Assembly: GCA_965200315.1 (NCBI GenBank)
Contig: OZ241362.1
Span: 672,001-736,000 of the forward strand
Length of the DNA stretch: 64,000 nucleotides
Source: Candidatus Latescibacterota bacterium
Lineage (GTDB): Bacteria > Latescibacterota > UBA2968 > UBA8231
Direction of reading: 5' to 3'
In this document: one piece after another, positions 1 through 10,256 of the stretch
How the letters are laid out: each line of letters starts with the position of its first letter
Position numbering within the stretch: position 1 is the stretch's first letter
Notes under the pieces: model-generated
The model's database searches: none
Told to the model about the DNA's origin: nothing
What the model saw: only the letters and a program-made list of their open reading frames with translations
Translations under genes and position numbers: made by a program

Positions 1-178
1 GAATCTGGTACACCTCGACGGCAATCCCAGTCTCTTGGGCAAACTCGTGGCCCAGCTCTTGTAGCGCCGCAGCCGGATCCCATTGCGCCCACCAGATGGT
101 GATCTTTTTGTCTTCGGCGCGGCCCGTTTGTACCGCCAGCAACAAAACCGCGGCTAGCCCGAACATCCGCATTCTCAT
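1..178 (-). CDS. Sugar ABC transporter substrate-binding protein, N-terminal part (runs off window)
   Basis: Manual translation MRMRMFGLAAVLLLAVQTGRAEDKKITIWWAQWDPAAALQELGHEFAQETGIAVEVYQI: signal peptide plus SBP-type start; AGGAGG RBS upstream. Confidence 0.75.
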   Translation of the reverse strand, partial: MRMRMFGLAAVLLLAVQTGRAEDKKITIWWAQWDPAAALQELGHEFAQETGIAVEVYQI

Positions 179-345
179 GCGCTTTCCTCCTCTTAGAAGC
201 GTTTTTTTCGCGTCGGCACAAGCGCACGTACCGCAAGGTCGCCGATGTATGCGCCCGCTCAATATCCGACTGATTGAACCGCCGCGCAATGGCCGCCTTA
301 GTGCCCTGATACCGAGTCGGTTTTATGCAGTAGAATGGTTTCGTT

Positions 346-360
346 TAACGCTATGCGTTA
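346..360. promoter_or_regulatory. Palindromic operator upstream of higBA
   Basis: TAACGC-TAT-GCGTTA inverted repeat 16 nt before the toxin ATG, next to AT-rich TATATT; HigA antitoxins autoregulate through such palindromes. Confidence 0.5.
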
Positions 361-376
361 TATATTTTGGTGTAAC

Positions 377-658
377 ATGAGACGGTCTTTTAGAGGTAGA
401 GAAACCGAACGGATATTCCAACGCACTCGATCCCGAAAGCTACCCAGCGATATCCAACAAATCGCCATTCGCAAGCTCCGCATGCTCAATCGGTCAACTA
501 CACTAGCTCATCTTCGGGTGCCACCGGCCAATCGCCTCGAAAAACTCCGGGGCGATCGGGCGGGCCAGTACAGTATTCAAATCAATGACCAGTGGCGCAT
601 CTGTTTTACGTGGCGAAATGGCGATGCTTGCGACGTTGGGATCGTAGATTATCACTAG
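377..658 (+). CDS. higB: HigB (RelE/ParE family, plasmid maintenance killer-type) toxin
   Basis: LRVPPANRLEKLRGDRAGQYSIQINDQWRICF...IVDYH signature; toxin precedes antitoxin. Confidence 0.9.
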   Translation: MRRSFRGRETERIFQRTRSRKLPSDIQQIAIRKLRMLNRSTTLAHLRVPPANRLEKLRGDRAGQYSIQINDQWRICFTWRNGDACDVGIVDYH

Positions 659-668
659 GAAAAGGCTT

Positions 669-974
669 ATGAGTGCTCAGAAATTAGCTCCTGTTCATTT
701 AGGGGAAGTCTTGTTGGAAGAGTTCCTCAAGCCGATGCAGCTCAGCCAAAACCGCCTCGCACTTGCCATCGGCGTGCCGCCCCGACGCATCAACGAAATC
801 GTCTTGGGAAAACGCGGCATTACGGCTGATACCGCGCTGCGGCTGGCGCGTTACTTCAGTATGTCGCCCCAATTCTGGATGGGCCGGCAGATGGATTATG
901 CGCTAGATATAGCCGAAGACGAACTAGCGGACCGCTTGGAGCGAGAAGTGCAACCGCGTCTGGAGACGGGATAA
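669..974 (+). CDS. higA: HigA family HTH antitoxin
   Basis: HLGEVLLEEFLKP...RINEIVLGKRGITADTALRLARYF..SPQFWM signature. Confidence 0.92.
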   Translation: MSAQKLAPVHLGEVLLEEFLKPMQLSQNRLALAIGVPPRRINEIVLGKRGITADTALRLARYFSMSPQFWMGRQMDYALDIAEDELADRLEREVQPRLETG

Positions 975-995
975 AAGGCATTGCGAGGCATGGGC

Positions 996-1823
996 CTACT
1001 CCGCCCCGGCAAAACTCCACACCTGCAGAGCCGTGCGATGGAAGAGCCACGCCTTGTCGTCGTCGGTGAGAAAATCGACGTGGTCGCGGAACATCTCCAA
1101 AGCCGGTCCGTACCCCACCCCTTTCAGGACGCCGGGGAAATTGGTTCCCCACATCAACCGCTGTGGCCCAAAAGCGTCGTAGATGCGGCGGAAGGTGGGA
1201 AACGTATCCGCGTGCGGAAAGGGCAACGCGGACTTGTGAGCCTGCGGCGTGCATTTCACGTACACCTTGGGAAAACAAGCTAGGTCGAGTACGTGGCTCA
1301 GCAGCGGAAAGGGCGGTTCCTCATTGGTTGGCGCTCCGCCGATGTGGTCCAGCACCACCGGCACCTCGGGAAAGCGACCGATGATCGGCGCCAAGTGGGG
1401 CAGATTGGCCGCCGGGCCGTGGACGATAAAACAAGTGCCTAGTTCCTCCGACCGCCGCCACAGCCGATCCTGATCTGGGGCGGCCCATTCCGCGGGGTGG
1501 TCGAGCCGCGACGAGTGAATGCGCAAACCGCCAAAACCGCCCTCGCGCAACTTTTCCAGCCGGTCGGGCGCGTCCGGGGCCTTGGGATCGACCAAGCCAA
1601 TCGCGGCAAAGCGGCCCGGAAAGCGGCGTAGGCAGTCGGCCACGTACCGGTTGTCGAACAAATAGTGAATCGGCTGCACAATGACCGCTTTATCGACCCC
1701 GACCTCGGCCATGGTCTGATTGAGCAATTCCACGGAGCCACCGCCCACCTGAGTCCGACCCTCGGCAAAGGGATAGCGCTCCGCGTCGTCGCTCCACACG
1801 TGCAGATGCGTGTCAATGATCAT
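996..1823 (-). CDS. Amidohydrolase_2 family protein
   Basis: IDTHLH metal motif, VVLDH, RLMWGTNFP. Confidence 0.88.
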   Translation of the reverse strand: MIIDTHLHVWSDDAERYPFAEGRTQVGGGSVELLNQTMAEVGVDKAVIVQPIHYLFDNRYVADCLRRFPGRFAAIGLVDPKAPDAPDRLEKLREGGFGGLRIHSSRLDHPAEWAAPDQDRLWRRSEELGTCFIVHGPAANLPHLAPIIGRFPEVPVVLDHIGGAPTNEEPPFPLLSHVLDLACFPKVYVKCTPQAHKSALPFPHADTFPTFRRIYDAFGPQRLMWGTNFPGVLKGVGYGPALEMFRDHVDFLTDDDKAWLFHRTALQVWSFAGAE

Positions 1824-1860
1824 GAGTCCCTCCTATATAGTTAAGTCGCATAGCCCCTCA

Positions 1861-2769
1861 CTAGCTGCTATTGCTCACCACGCACTCAGGAGCCAGCACC
1901 TTCACGGCCAAGCGGGCGACCTCGGCAATGCCCGCGGCCGCGGCCGGCCCGTCGCCGCGGGCCAAGGCAAAGGCCACCACGACCAAGGGCCCTTTTGGCA
2001 AAAACACGAGGCCAGCATCCCCTTTGATGATGCCGCTAGAGCCGTACTTGTGAGCCACCACCACATCCGGCTGCAAATAGCGCCGGATCATGCGGGTATC
2101 CCGCCCGGTTTTGAGCAGCTCGATCATGGCTTTGGAGGCCGCCGCACTGACGACCTGCCCGCGGTACATAGCCGTCAATAAAGAGGCCAACTCGCCGGGG
2201 GCGGCCACATTGTTTTCCAGTGAATCCCCAAAAGATACGCTGTTGTAGTCCATGCCCTGAGTGCTTACCCGCTCCCTGTACACGGCATCGTTGGCTCGAT
2301 TGGTGGGCACCTCGTCCATCCCCACCATGCGGTAGTGATAGCGGCCCATGGTCGCGGCTGCCCGCACATTGGCACAGCCCAGTCGGTCGAGCGTGGCGTT
2401 GATCTGGTCTAGCCCTAGCAGCTCCATGAGGAAATCAGTGGCAATGTTGTCGCTGATGCCCATCATCAGGCGGGCGTAGTCGCGCAAGGTCAACTCGGGC
2501 TCGTCTTGGGCGATTTGCAATACCCCCGAGCCGTGCGTTGAAATATCGCCCCGCAGCCGGTGCCGGTCGTCCAGCGACAGCCGTCCGGCCTCGGCTTGGT
2601 GGAACAACTCGACCAATACGGCAATTTTGATGACCGAGGCCGTGGGAAAGCGCTCGTCGGCTCTGTACTGATGCACTTGGCCTGTAGCCAGCTCTTCTAT
2701 ATGCCAGCCCATGCGGCCGTCAAAGGCTGCGGCTGTCTGGCGCAAGGCCACATCCGGGAAAACCCCCAT
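1861..2769 (-). CDS. Class A beta-lactamase-like serine hydrolase
   Basis: ASVIK (SxxK), SDN and HKYG motifs; ATG at 2769 has a GGAG RBS. Confidence 0.82.
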   Translation of the reverse strand: MGVFPDVALRQTAAAFDGRMGWHIEELATGQVHQYRADERFPTASVIKIAVLVELFHQAEAGRLSLDDRHRLRGDISTHGSGVLQIAQDEPELTLRDYARLMMGISDNIATDFLMELLGLDQINATLDRLGCANVRAAATMGRYHYRMVGMDEVPTNRANDAVYRERVSTQGMDYNSVSFGDSLENNVAAPGELASLLTAMYRGQVVSAAASKAMIELLKTGRDTRMIRRYLQPDVVVAHKYGSSGIIKGDAGLVFLPKGPLVVVAFALARGDGPAAAAGIAEVARLAVKVLAPECVVSNSS

Positions 2770-2855
2770 GTCCAATCTCCTCTTACCTACTCGCTTCTGC
2801 CTCAGGCCCTCGTGCGAGTGTAGCTAGCACTTTTCTCCACACAAAAGCATCAGCT

Positions 2856-2989
2856 CTGAGAGGCGGTCTGAAAAGCCCCGTGCTTGCTTGGTGTGGGCTA
2901 GTCCGTAGCCTTTCCGCGGGCGAGACGCCCCCAAAGGCTCTTTGAGCCATCTGAGGAGCCGAACTTGGAGTTTGCAGACGGCTTCTGAG
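2856..2989. mobile_element. Possible MITE-like element with imperfect terminal inverted repeats and an internal REP arm
   Basis: Left CTGAGAGGCGGTCTGAAAAG vs reverse complement of right end CTCAGAAGCCGTCTGCAAAC (15/20); contains GCGGGCGAGACGCCC at 2916-2930, identical to the REP core. Confidence 0.4.
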
Positions 2990-3004
2990 CACTTTTGGGC
3001 GAAT

Positions 3005-3706
3005 TTATCCACAGCACCCCTCATCCTCGTCGGCGTGCAGCTTTTCCAGCACCTGCCACTGTTGGCGCTGGCGGCTTTCGGCCGAGTCGAAGACCTCGCG
3101 GACGAACTCGCCGCGGCTTTTGCCGTCGGCTAGTTCGGTCAAGCGGTTTTGCAAATCGTCGTGCGAGGGGTCGCGACCAAGCGCCGCGCGGTACACCCCG
3201 CGCACGAAATCCGTCGCATCCGCTTCGGCGAGCAAGTCTTGGGCCTCGTAGGCGAAGGCTTTGAGGGTATGGGCTAAAGAGGCGACCAACCAAGCCTTGT
3301 GCTCTGCGAGCGGACCCAAAGTGGCGTACAACTCGGCGCACAATTCCGCATCGCCCACCACCTGCTGAGCTTCTTGCGCAGACTTGCCTTCGGACCACGC
3401 TTGCAGAGTTTGCACATACTTCTTGGCCCGGCCTCGGCGCTGGTCGTCCACTTCCCAAGCCCGGGTGAGCACATCAACGGCTGGGCGGCCTAAGTACGTG
3501 CCTTCGCCAATAGCGCGGACGATCAGGTCGAGGTTGTCAAAGGCGCAGTAGTGGGTCAGCGAGTCGAAGCGCGAGATCAGGGCGCGGATGTGGCGCACTC
3601 GGTCGGGCAGTTCCTCCAGCGGCGCGACCTCGGCGTCAATGCGCTGCATAGCTTGGTCGGGCTCGTCGGGGTGGTGCAGAATATTGCGCCAGTGGGAATC
3701 AGGCAT
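3005..3706 (-). CDS. Hypothetical protein with C-terminal DUF4214-like domain
   Basis: C-terminal DFVRGVYRAALGRDP...SRGEFVREVFDSAE resembles DUF4214. Confidence 0.6.
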   Translation of the reverse strand: MPDSHWRNILHHPDEPDQAMQRIDAEVAPLEELPDRVRHIRALISRFDSLTHYCAFDNLDLIVRAIGEGTYLGRPAVDVLTRAWEVDDQRRGRAKKYVQTLQAWSEGKSAQEAQQVVGDAELCAELYATLGPLAEHKAWLVASLAHTLKAFAYEAQDLLAEADATDFVRGVYRAALGRDPSHDDLQNRLTELADGKSRGEFVREVFDSAESRQRQQWQVLEKLHADEDEGCCG

Positions 3707-3732
3707 GACGTCTCCTGTCGAGTTAGATATTG

Positions 3733-4773
3733 TTATGTACGGAACAAATGGCCCTCAATGGGCAGGCTCACTTCAATGCCCGAAGTGGCCGCCTGTAAGC
3801 CAGCTTCCATAACCTCTTGGGCGTGGCGCGATTGGGTGGCGTTAGTCGTGCCCTCGGGCGACTGGCCCGAGCGAATGCAGTGGAAGAAGTGCGTGGCGGC
3901 ATTGCGCTGAGAGGCGGACAATTCGTCGAGTTCCACCGCTGTTCCCTCGCGGTTGTGACGGGTATGCACAGTCACCTGATTCCCGACTACCATAGTCCCC
4001 TCCGTGCCGTAGAGCACCACATCGTGGGACGGCACGTGGGGCACGGCTTCGGTCCAAGTCATCTCCAAGCGGCACAGAGCTTGCGGATAGCGCAGCACCA
4101 TAATGCCGTTGTCGTCAACCGGCAGATGGGTCTTGAGCAAGCGACCGGCCATGGCCACAACGCTGTGCGGCCGGCCCAAAAAGTGGACGCACAGGCTAGC
4201 GCCGTACCCACTGTAGTCATTGAAGGCCCCGGCTCCGTTGAGCTGGGCATCGAAGAGGAAGCCGCAGAATTCATCGGAGCAGCCCAATTCATCGGGGCCG
4301 CAGTGGCCGCCGCGCCAAGTAAGCTGCCACAATGGCCCAATGGCTCCTTCTCGCACCAAGCGGTAAGCCGTGTGCAAGGGCCGCGACCACGCCGTGGGCC
4401 AGTTGACCATCAGGCAGGTCTGGTGGCGCTGGGCCGCAGTCAGCATGCGGTCGGCCTGTTCAAGCGTGGCGGCCATAGGTTTTTCGACCATCGCGTGAAT
4501 GCCCCGAGCCGCACACAACTCGACGATGGGGGCATGGTGCGCGGTCGCCGAAAAAACGAAAACTGCGTCGGGGGTTTGCTCGTCGAGTAGGGCTTCGTAC
4601 TCGCCGTACACTTGGTCACAGCCCGTGCGGTCGCGGAAGCGGTCCTGCAGCACGGGGTTGGAGTCGGCCCCTCCCACGAGGGGAGCTCCTTCTTGGTCGG
4701 CTAGTTCCCTAAGATTGCTCCACAAGTGGTCGTGGGCCATGCCCAGCACGGCGACTTTGATCGGGTCAGTCAT
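3733..4773 (-). CDS. Gfo/Idh/MocA family oxidoreductase
   Basis: IKVAVLGMAH Rossmann start, HAMVEKPMA motif. Confidence 0.9.
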   Translation of the reverse strand: MTDPIKVAVLGMAHDHLWSNLRELADQEGAPLVGGADSNPVLQDRFRDRTGCDQVYGEYEALLDEQTPDAVFVFSATAHHAPIVELCAARGIHAMVEKPMAATLEQADRMLTAAQRHQTCLMVNWPTAWSRPLHTAYRLVREGAIGPLWQLTWRGGHCGPDELGCSDEFCGFLFDAQLNGAGAFNDYSGYGASLCVHFLGRPHSVVAMAGRLLKTHLPVDDNGIMVLRYPQALCRLEMTWTEAVPHVPSHDVVLYGTEGTMVVGNQVTVHTRHNREGTAVELDELSASQRNAATHFFHCIRSGQSPEGTTNATQSRHAQEVMEAGLQAATSGIEVSLPIEGHLFRT

Positions 4774-4955
4774 GTAATAGGCTCCTGAGTGTTGTTGAGG
4801 TATGCGGTATGAGACGCCAACGGCTCTGGTCAATCTATACCCTCAAGGATAACAAGGGCAAGCCGCCTTGAAAGAGGAAGGGCCGCCCGCTATAATACCC
4901 TTGATTATAGCGCGGAGAAGTGTCGCCGTTCTTCTCGAAACAGAAAGGATCAGCT

Positions 4956-5936
4956 ATGAAAATCGCTTTGGCACTCGGACCAGACGCCAGCGCCGTATCG
5001 ACCTTCGGCACCCAATGCGGCGTCGAGCATGCGGTCGGCACCTTCGGCCTCGCGCCGATACCGGATGAACCGATCGCTGACGAAGCGCAGCCATTCAGCC
5101 GCCAGTCCTTGGCCCGTTTCAAGGCGCAGTACGAAAAAAACGGCTACCAGCTATCGGTCATTGAAAGCCGTCCACCCATGGAAAAAATCAAGCTGGCCCA
5201 GCCGGGGCGCGACGAAGAAATCGCCGTCGTCTGCGAGTTCATCCGCAACATGGGGGCGGTCGGCATCCCAGTGTGGTGCCCCGCTTGGATGCCGATCCTC
5301 TTTGTGATTCGCACGTCGTCCGAGCTCCCGACGCGCGGCGGCGCTAAGGTGACCGGCTTCGACCTCGAGGAATTCAACAAGACCCACCCCGCCGGCGAGC
5401 ATGGCGAAGTCACCGAAGAGGACCAGTGGGACAACCTGAAATACTTTCTCGAGCGCGTGGTCCCAGTCGCCGAAGAGGCCAACGTCAAGCTCGCCATGCA
5501 TCCCGATGACCCGCCCCTATCGCCGATCCAAGGCATCGCCCGCATCATCAGCAGCGTTGAGAATTACCAGAAGATGCTCGATCTCGTTCCCAGCCCGGCA
5601 AACGGCATCGGCCTCTGTCAGGGAAACTTCGGCCTGATGACCGACGACCTGCCGAGCGTCATTCGCCATTTCGGCGAGCAGCAGAAGATTCACTTCGTCC
5701 ATTTCCGCGACATCAAGGGCACACCAGAGAAGTTCGACGAGGCTTTCCACGACGATGGCAAGCACGACATGGCTGCCTGCGTCAGAGCCTATCGCGACAC
5801 CGGGTTCGAAGGGGTCGCACGCCCCGACCACTTCCCGCAGCTAACCTACGAGGATTTCGTCGATGTGCATTCAATGGAGCGCCTCTACGCCATTGGCTAC
5901 ATGAGGGGCCTGATCGAGGCCGTGTACAGCGAATGA
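4956..5936 (+). CDS. uxuA: Mannonate dehydratase (UxuA family)
   Basis: VPVAEEANVKLAMHPDDPP, CQGNF, HFVHFRD, RPDH motifs. Confidence 0.8.
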   Translation: MKIALALGPDASAVSTFGTQCGVEHAVGTFGLAPIPDEPIADEAQPFSRQSLARFKAQYEKNGYQLSVIESRPPMEKIKLAQPGRDEEIAVVCEFIRNMGAVGIPVWCPAWMPILFVIRTSSELPTRGGAKVTGFDLEEFNKTHPAGEHGEVTEEDQWDNLKYFLERVVPVAEEANVKLAMHPDDPPLSPIQGIARIISSVENYQKMLDLVPSPANGIGLCQGNFGLMTDDLPSVIRHFGEQQKIHFVHFRDIKGTPEKFDEAFHDDGKHDMAACVRAYRDTGFEGVARPDHFPQLTYEDFVDVHSMERLYAIGYMRGLIEAVYSE

Positions 5937-5973
5937 CTGCGACTCGCTGGTCACAGACCGTTTCTCAGGAGGA

Positions 5974-6723
5974 TTGCGCGTGAAAGTAGCCATCATGGGT
6001 GCCGCCGGGTGGGTCGGCCGGGCCGTGCTGGAAAACTTCGCCGGTCGCCACCAAATGCGCGCCTTTGATTACAGTCCCGAAGCTTGGACGACGTACCAGC
6101 GCTTCGACGGAGACTGGGAGGGAGAAAAACGCTACGGGGACATCGCCGATTTCCACGCCGTCCACAAGACCTTGGAAGGCATGGATGGCGTCGTCCATCT
6201 AGCCGCCTACTTCGGATACGAGAATCCGCCCGAGGGCGATGTGAATCCCTTTCTGATCAACCTCAAGGGGATGTGGAATGTTTTGGAGTCGGCCCGGCGG
6301 CACCAGCTCAAACGCGTGGTGCATATGGGCTCCTGCGTCGTGCAACATCCAGACGGCGTTTTCCTATCGTCCGAAGTCCGCAGCAAGGAAGGAAGCCCGT
6401 ACGGCATATCCAAGCGCCTGCAAGAGGAAATGTGCCGCCAGTTCCACGACGCCTACGGCCTGCGGATCATCGTCTTCCGGCCCTGTAGCATCGGCGACAG
6501 CAGGCTCGGCATCAGTCGAGATGGCCACCCCGCCCGCGGCGGCGTTAGCTGGGTCTGCCGACACGATCTGGCCGAAGCCTGCCACCTAGCGCTCACATCC
6601 GAGACCATTGACTTCGACATCATGCACACGGCCAGCCACCCGGACGCGGATAAGTACTGCAACGTCGCCCGGTCCCGGGAATTGCTCGGTCTGGAATACA
6701 AAGGATACTTCCCCAGCGACTAA
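5974..6723 (+). CDS. NAD-dependent epimerase/dehydratase
   Basis: GAAGWVG, VVHLAA, YGISK (YxxxK). Confidence 0.88.
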   Translation: MRVKVAIMGAAGWVGRAVLENFAGRHQMRAFDYSPEAWTTYQRFDGDWEGEKRYGDIADFHAVHKTLEGMDGVVHLAAYFGYENPPEGDVNPFLINLKGMWNVLESARRHQLKRVVHMGSCVVQHPDGVFLSSEVRSKEGSPYGISKRLQEEMCRQFHDAYGLRIIVFRPCSIGDSRLGISRDGHPARGGVSWVCRHDLAEACHLALTSETIDFDIMHTASHPDADKYCNVARSRELLGLEYKGYFPSD

Positions 6724-7016
6724 GCCCTCGGATAAGAATTAGGAATTAACAATTGGGAATCATATAGCTAAGTGCTGGCTGCGAGATAAAGCGCAAACCA
6801 CTGCTTGCGGGCGTACCAAGCCACCTACACAGTCCTTTTATCTTTATTTCAGATAGCAAGAAGTCTGTTTGGTTTCCTGTCGTGTTCGGCTTGGCCCAAG
6901 TTGATCGAAATCAGAAGCGCGGGCACCGCGAGAATCATTGCGGCTAGTATTGATTTTTCATTTGTGGCATCACTCTACCTCTTTGCTTTTTAATCCCTAA
7001 TCCCAAAAGGAGCACC

Positions 7017-8161
7017 ATGCCCCCCCACTACGACGTCCTGCTCAAAAACGGCCACCTCATTGACCCCAAAACAACATCGACGCCCCGGCCGACCTCGCCG
7101 TCAAAGACGGCAAAATCGCCGCTGTGGGGGCTGAGTTGCCCGGCACTGCAGAGCGGCAAGCCAACGTCGCTGGCCTCTACGTCACCCCCGGCCTCATCGA
7201 CATCCACCTACACGTGTACGGCGGCTTTAATGCTTGGCTCTTCCCCGACCCCCACAACCTGCCGCACGGCGTCACCACCTGCGTCGATACGGGCGGCGCT
7301 GGGTACAAGGATATTGCGGATTTCAAAGAGACCATCATGGACCAGTCCATCACCCGCGTCCTCGCCTTTGTCAACATCGTCGGCGCAGGCATGACCGGCC
7401 CGCCGGAGCAAGACACCACCGATATGGACCCCATCCCCTGCGCCGCCGCAGTCGAGCGCTACCGAGAGCACATCGTCGGGGTCAAATCGGCCCATTTTGG
7501 CGGGCCGGGGTGGGAATCAACCGGCGGAGCCATTGAGGCGGCGCGGCGGGCCGGCAGCATCGTCATGGTCGATTTCTCGCCCAAACCCACCCGCACGTAC
7601 CCCGAATTGCTCGCCCGCTACAGCCCCGGCGATATCCACACACACTGCTACTCCATGCGGACGCCCATGCTCGACGACAACGACCGCATCTTCGACTTTG
7701 TCTGGCAGGCTCGCGAGCGCGGCGTGATTTTCGATTTGGGCCACGGCAACGCCTCCTTCCGCTTCCACATTGCCGTACCGGCCATGGCCCAAGGCTTTCC
7801 GCCCGATACCATCAGCACCGATCTGCACCGCCGCAGCCGCTTGCTGCCCAACGCCACCATGAACATCACTATGTCGAAGATGCTGGCCTTGGGGATGCCG
7901 CTGCAAGAGGTCATCTACCGCTCGACGCAGCGCCCCGCCGAAGTCATCCGCCGGCCCGAATTGGGCCACCTGAGCGTAGGCGCTGAAGCCGATGTCGCGG
8001 TGCTGGCCGTGCACGAAGGCCGCTTTGGCTTTGTCGATGCCACGCGCAGCACCCTGCAAGGCCGCCAAAAAATAGAGGGCCGCATGACCCTGCGAGCCGG
8101 TGAAATTGTCTGGGATCAGGACGGTTTGAGCTTGCCGTCTTGGGAGGAAGGGGCGCGCTAA
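7017..8161 (+). pseudogene. Dihydroorotase-like amidohydrolase/deacetylase with a 1-nt frameshift near 7067-7070
   Basis: MPPHYDVLLKNGHLIDPK continues as NNIDAPADLAVKDGKIAAVG only if one A is added in CCCCAAAA; downstream PGLIDIHLH and DTISTD motifs are intact; may be a sequencing error. Confidence 0.75.
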
Positions 8162-8192
8162 AAACGGGATTCAGGGCGCCGTCCGCATTCGG

Positions 8193-9560
8193 CTACTGCA
8201 ACCCGGCGTAGAGCGCGACAAAGCTCTGGGTGGCCGTAAAAGCCTCGGCCTGTGCAAAGTTTTTGCGCTCCACCACCAAGCCGGCTAGGGCTTGAATCCG
8301 ATACCCTAGATAGGCCGACTCGGTCGCCAACTGGAAAGCCCAATTCAGCGAGCTAAAATCCTCGCTATCTCGGTCTAAATCGTTGAAAAAGGCGTACTCC
8401 ACCCCGGCCTGCGCCCTAGTCGCGGACAAAAGCTGAGTTTCCAACAACAGCGAAACCAACTCCAGCAGCGTCGTTTGCTTCGCTTGGTCAAACAGCGACC
8501 GGCTCTGTTGCACCCACTCGCTCTTCCAGCGCGGCTCCACAGTAACGCTCCGCCAAGCGTAGCGGTAACTCGCCTTGTTGATCAAGCCAAAGAAAAAGTC
8601 CGCTGGAGCCAAGCCGTGCTGGCGGCGACGCTCTGCATTCATCAACTGCCGGAAAAGCACCCAGTTGAGCTTGCTCATCACCTGAAGATTTTCGCCGGTC
8701 AGACTGTGGCCGACAAAGAGCTGATTGACCCACGTATCCCGCGCCAACAGCGGATCGGGCAAATGCACCAACTGCCCGCCCCGCAAGGTGTTGTCTGGCC
8801 GCCACTGCAACAGCGGATTGGAAATGTCGTCCGCGACCAACTCGCTCATCTCAAACAGCCGCACCCGGCCCCAGCGCGGCCACACCCGCTGGTAGCCCAC
8901 CTGCACGTAGGTGCTGTGATTTTTGCGGTCGGCTGAGATCTGCGCCTCGCGCAAGGCCCCGGCCTTGAGCTGCCAGTGCCGCCCTAGCTCCACGCCACCA
9001 TAGACATTGAAGCCGGCCTGATCGCGGCGGTAGGGGTAGTCCGGCTCGGTGTCGTTTTCATACAAGTCAACCCAGAAGTTGTGGTTCATGTCCACGCCAA
9101 ACAGGAACTCGGGCCGGTCCACTTGGAAGCGCCGGAAAGGCTCTTGGTAGTCGGGAATGTTATTGGCCTTGACGCGATTGTCGTTCTGGTTGAAGTCGGG
9201 CACCAAGTCGTTGTTCAGATCCCAACCGGGAAAAACCTGCCGGTCGTCGACGAGGAAATCGGCGCGAAAGGCATCGGGGCCGAGGCCGTGTGAGTTTCCG
9301 CGGCGACATTGGGGTATTGACGCCAACTCCAACTCAAGTCGTATTCGCCATACACGTCGAACCCGAGCAGGTCCTGCACCCGGAGGGTGCCACCGGCCAC
9401 GGTGGTAGCGGTAGGCAGGCCGTAGGCAAAGCTGACCACGCCTAAATTGGAGATGTCCTGCACATTGCCCGCCGCCTGCGACACCGGCGTAAAAAAGGGA
9501 TTTTCCGTCGGCGCTACGTCGAGCCGGGCAAATCCCTCTTCGCCCAAGCCGTAGGCATGG
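8193..9560 (-). pseudogene. 3' remnant of a large outer-membrane/secreted protein with an internal deletion/frameshift near 9290
   Basis: Beta-barrel-like alternating aromatic C-terminus (SFVALYAGLQ) and DLNNDLVPD calcium-loop-like motif; split over two frames; no N-terminus. Confidence 0.55.
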
Positions 9561-10153
9561 ACGCGGTCAAAGTCCAAGTCCATCCCTATCTGGGCAATAC
9601 CACGCCGGTTCTGGTCAATTACTTCGACTCCTTGGAGGGAGCTGCTGATATCCCTCTATTGCTGTGGGCCGGCGGCCAGCCCCCCTTCCCCTTGGAAGCC
9701 GCCGCAGAATTGGCCCAGCGCCCCCACATCATCGGCATGAAAAACGACGGAGACCAATTCTACACGTATTACGACCTGATCCGCCAGACGCGCAATCTGG
9801 GTTTCGGGGTGATCAGCGGCGGGCAGATGCGCAATTTCGCCTTTGGCTATCCGCTCGGCTCCCCCGCCTATTTATGCACGGTCGCACCCTTCCGCCCCGA
9901 CATTGCCAATGCCTTCTACAAGGCACTGGTCAACGGCGATGCGGCCGGGGCCTGGGATTGGGTGTATCGCTATGAAGAGCCGTGGTTGCAGTGGGCCATC
10001 AAGCACAACTGGCTGGCTTCCATAAAAGCGGCCATCCAATTGAAGGGGCTCTACCCCAACCACCGCTTAGGGCCGCCCAATCCAGCGCCGGAGCCGGAGC
10101 TCGTCGAAGGGCTCAAAGTCCTATTCGACGAGATATACGAAGGAAAATTTTAG
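9557..10153 (+). pseudogene. 5'-truncated dihydrodipicolinate synthase (DapA)-family aldolase
   Basis: PHIIGMKND Schiff-base lysine region; N-terminal part of the barrel and RBS missing; abuts the divergent remnant directly. Confidence 0.65.
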
Positions 10154-10256
10154 GAGGCACCCTACAAGCGCGTCAACGCCCCATGTCATTCGCGCGCAAG
10201 CTGTGCCTAAAGGCGGCAGGGTGATGCTGGCACGACATCTAGCCAGCGCAAGTCCT

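Noticed and set aside
1861-2769. Beta-lactam resistance genes (also 47630-48742)
   Set aside because: No signal peptides and catabolic context; better treated as generic serine hydrolases
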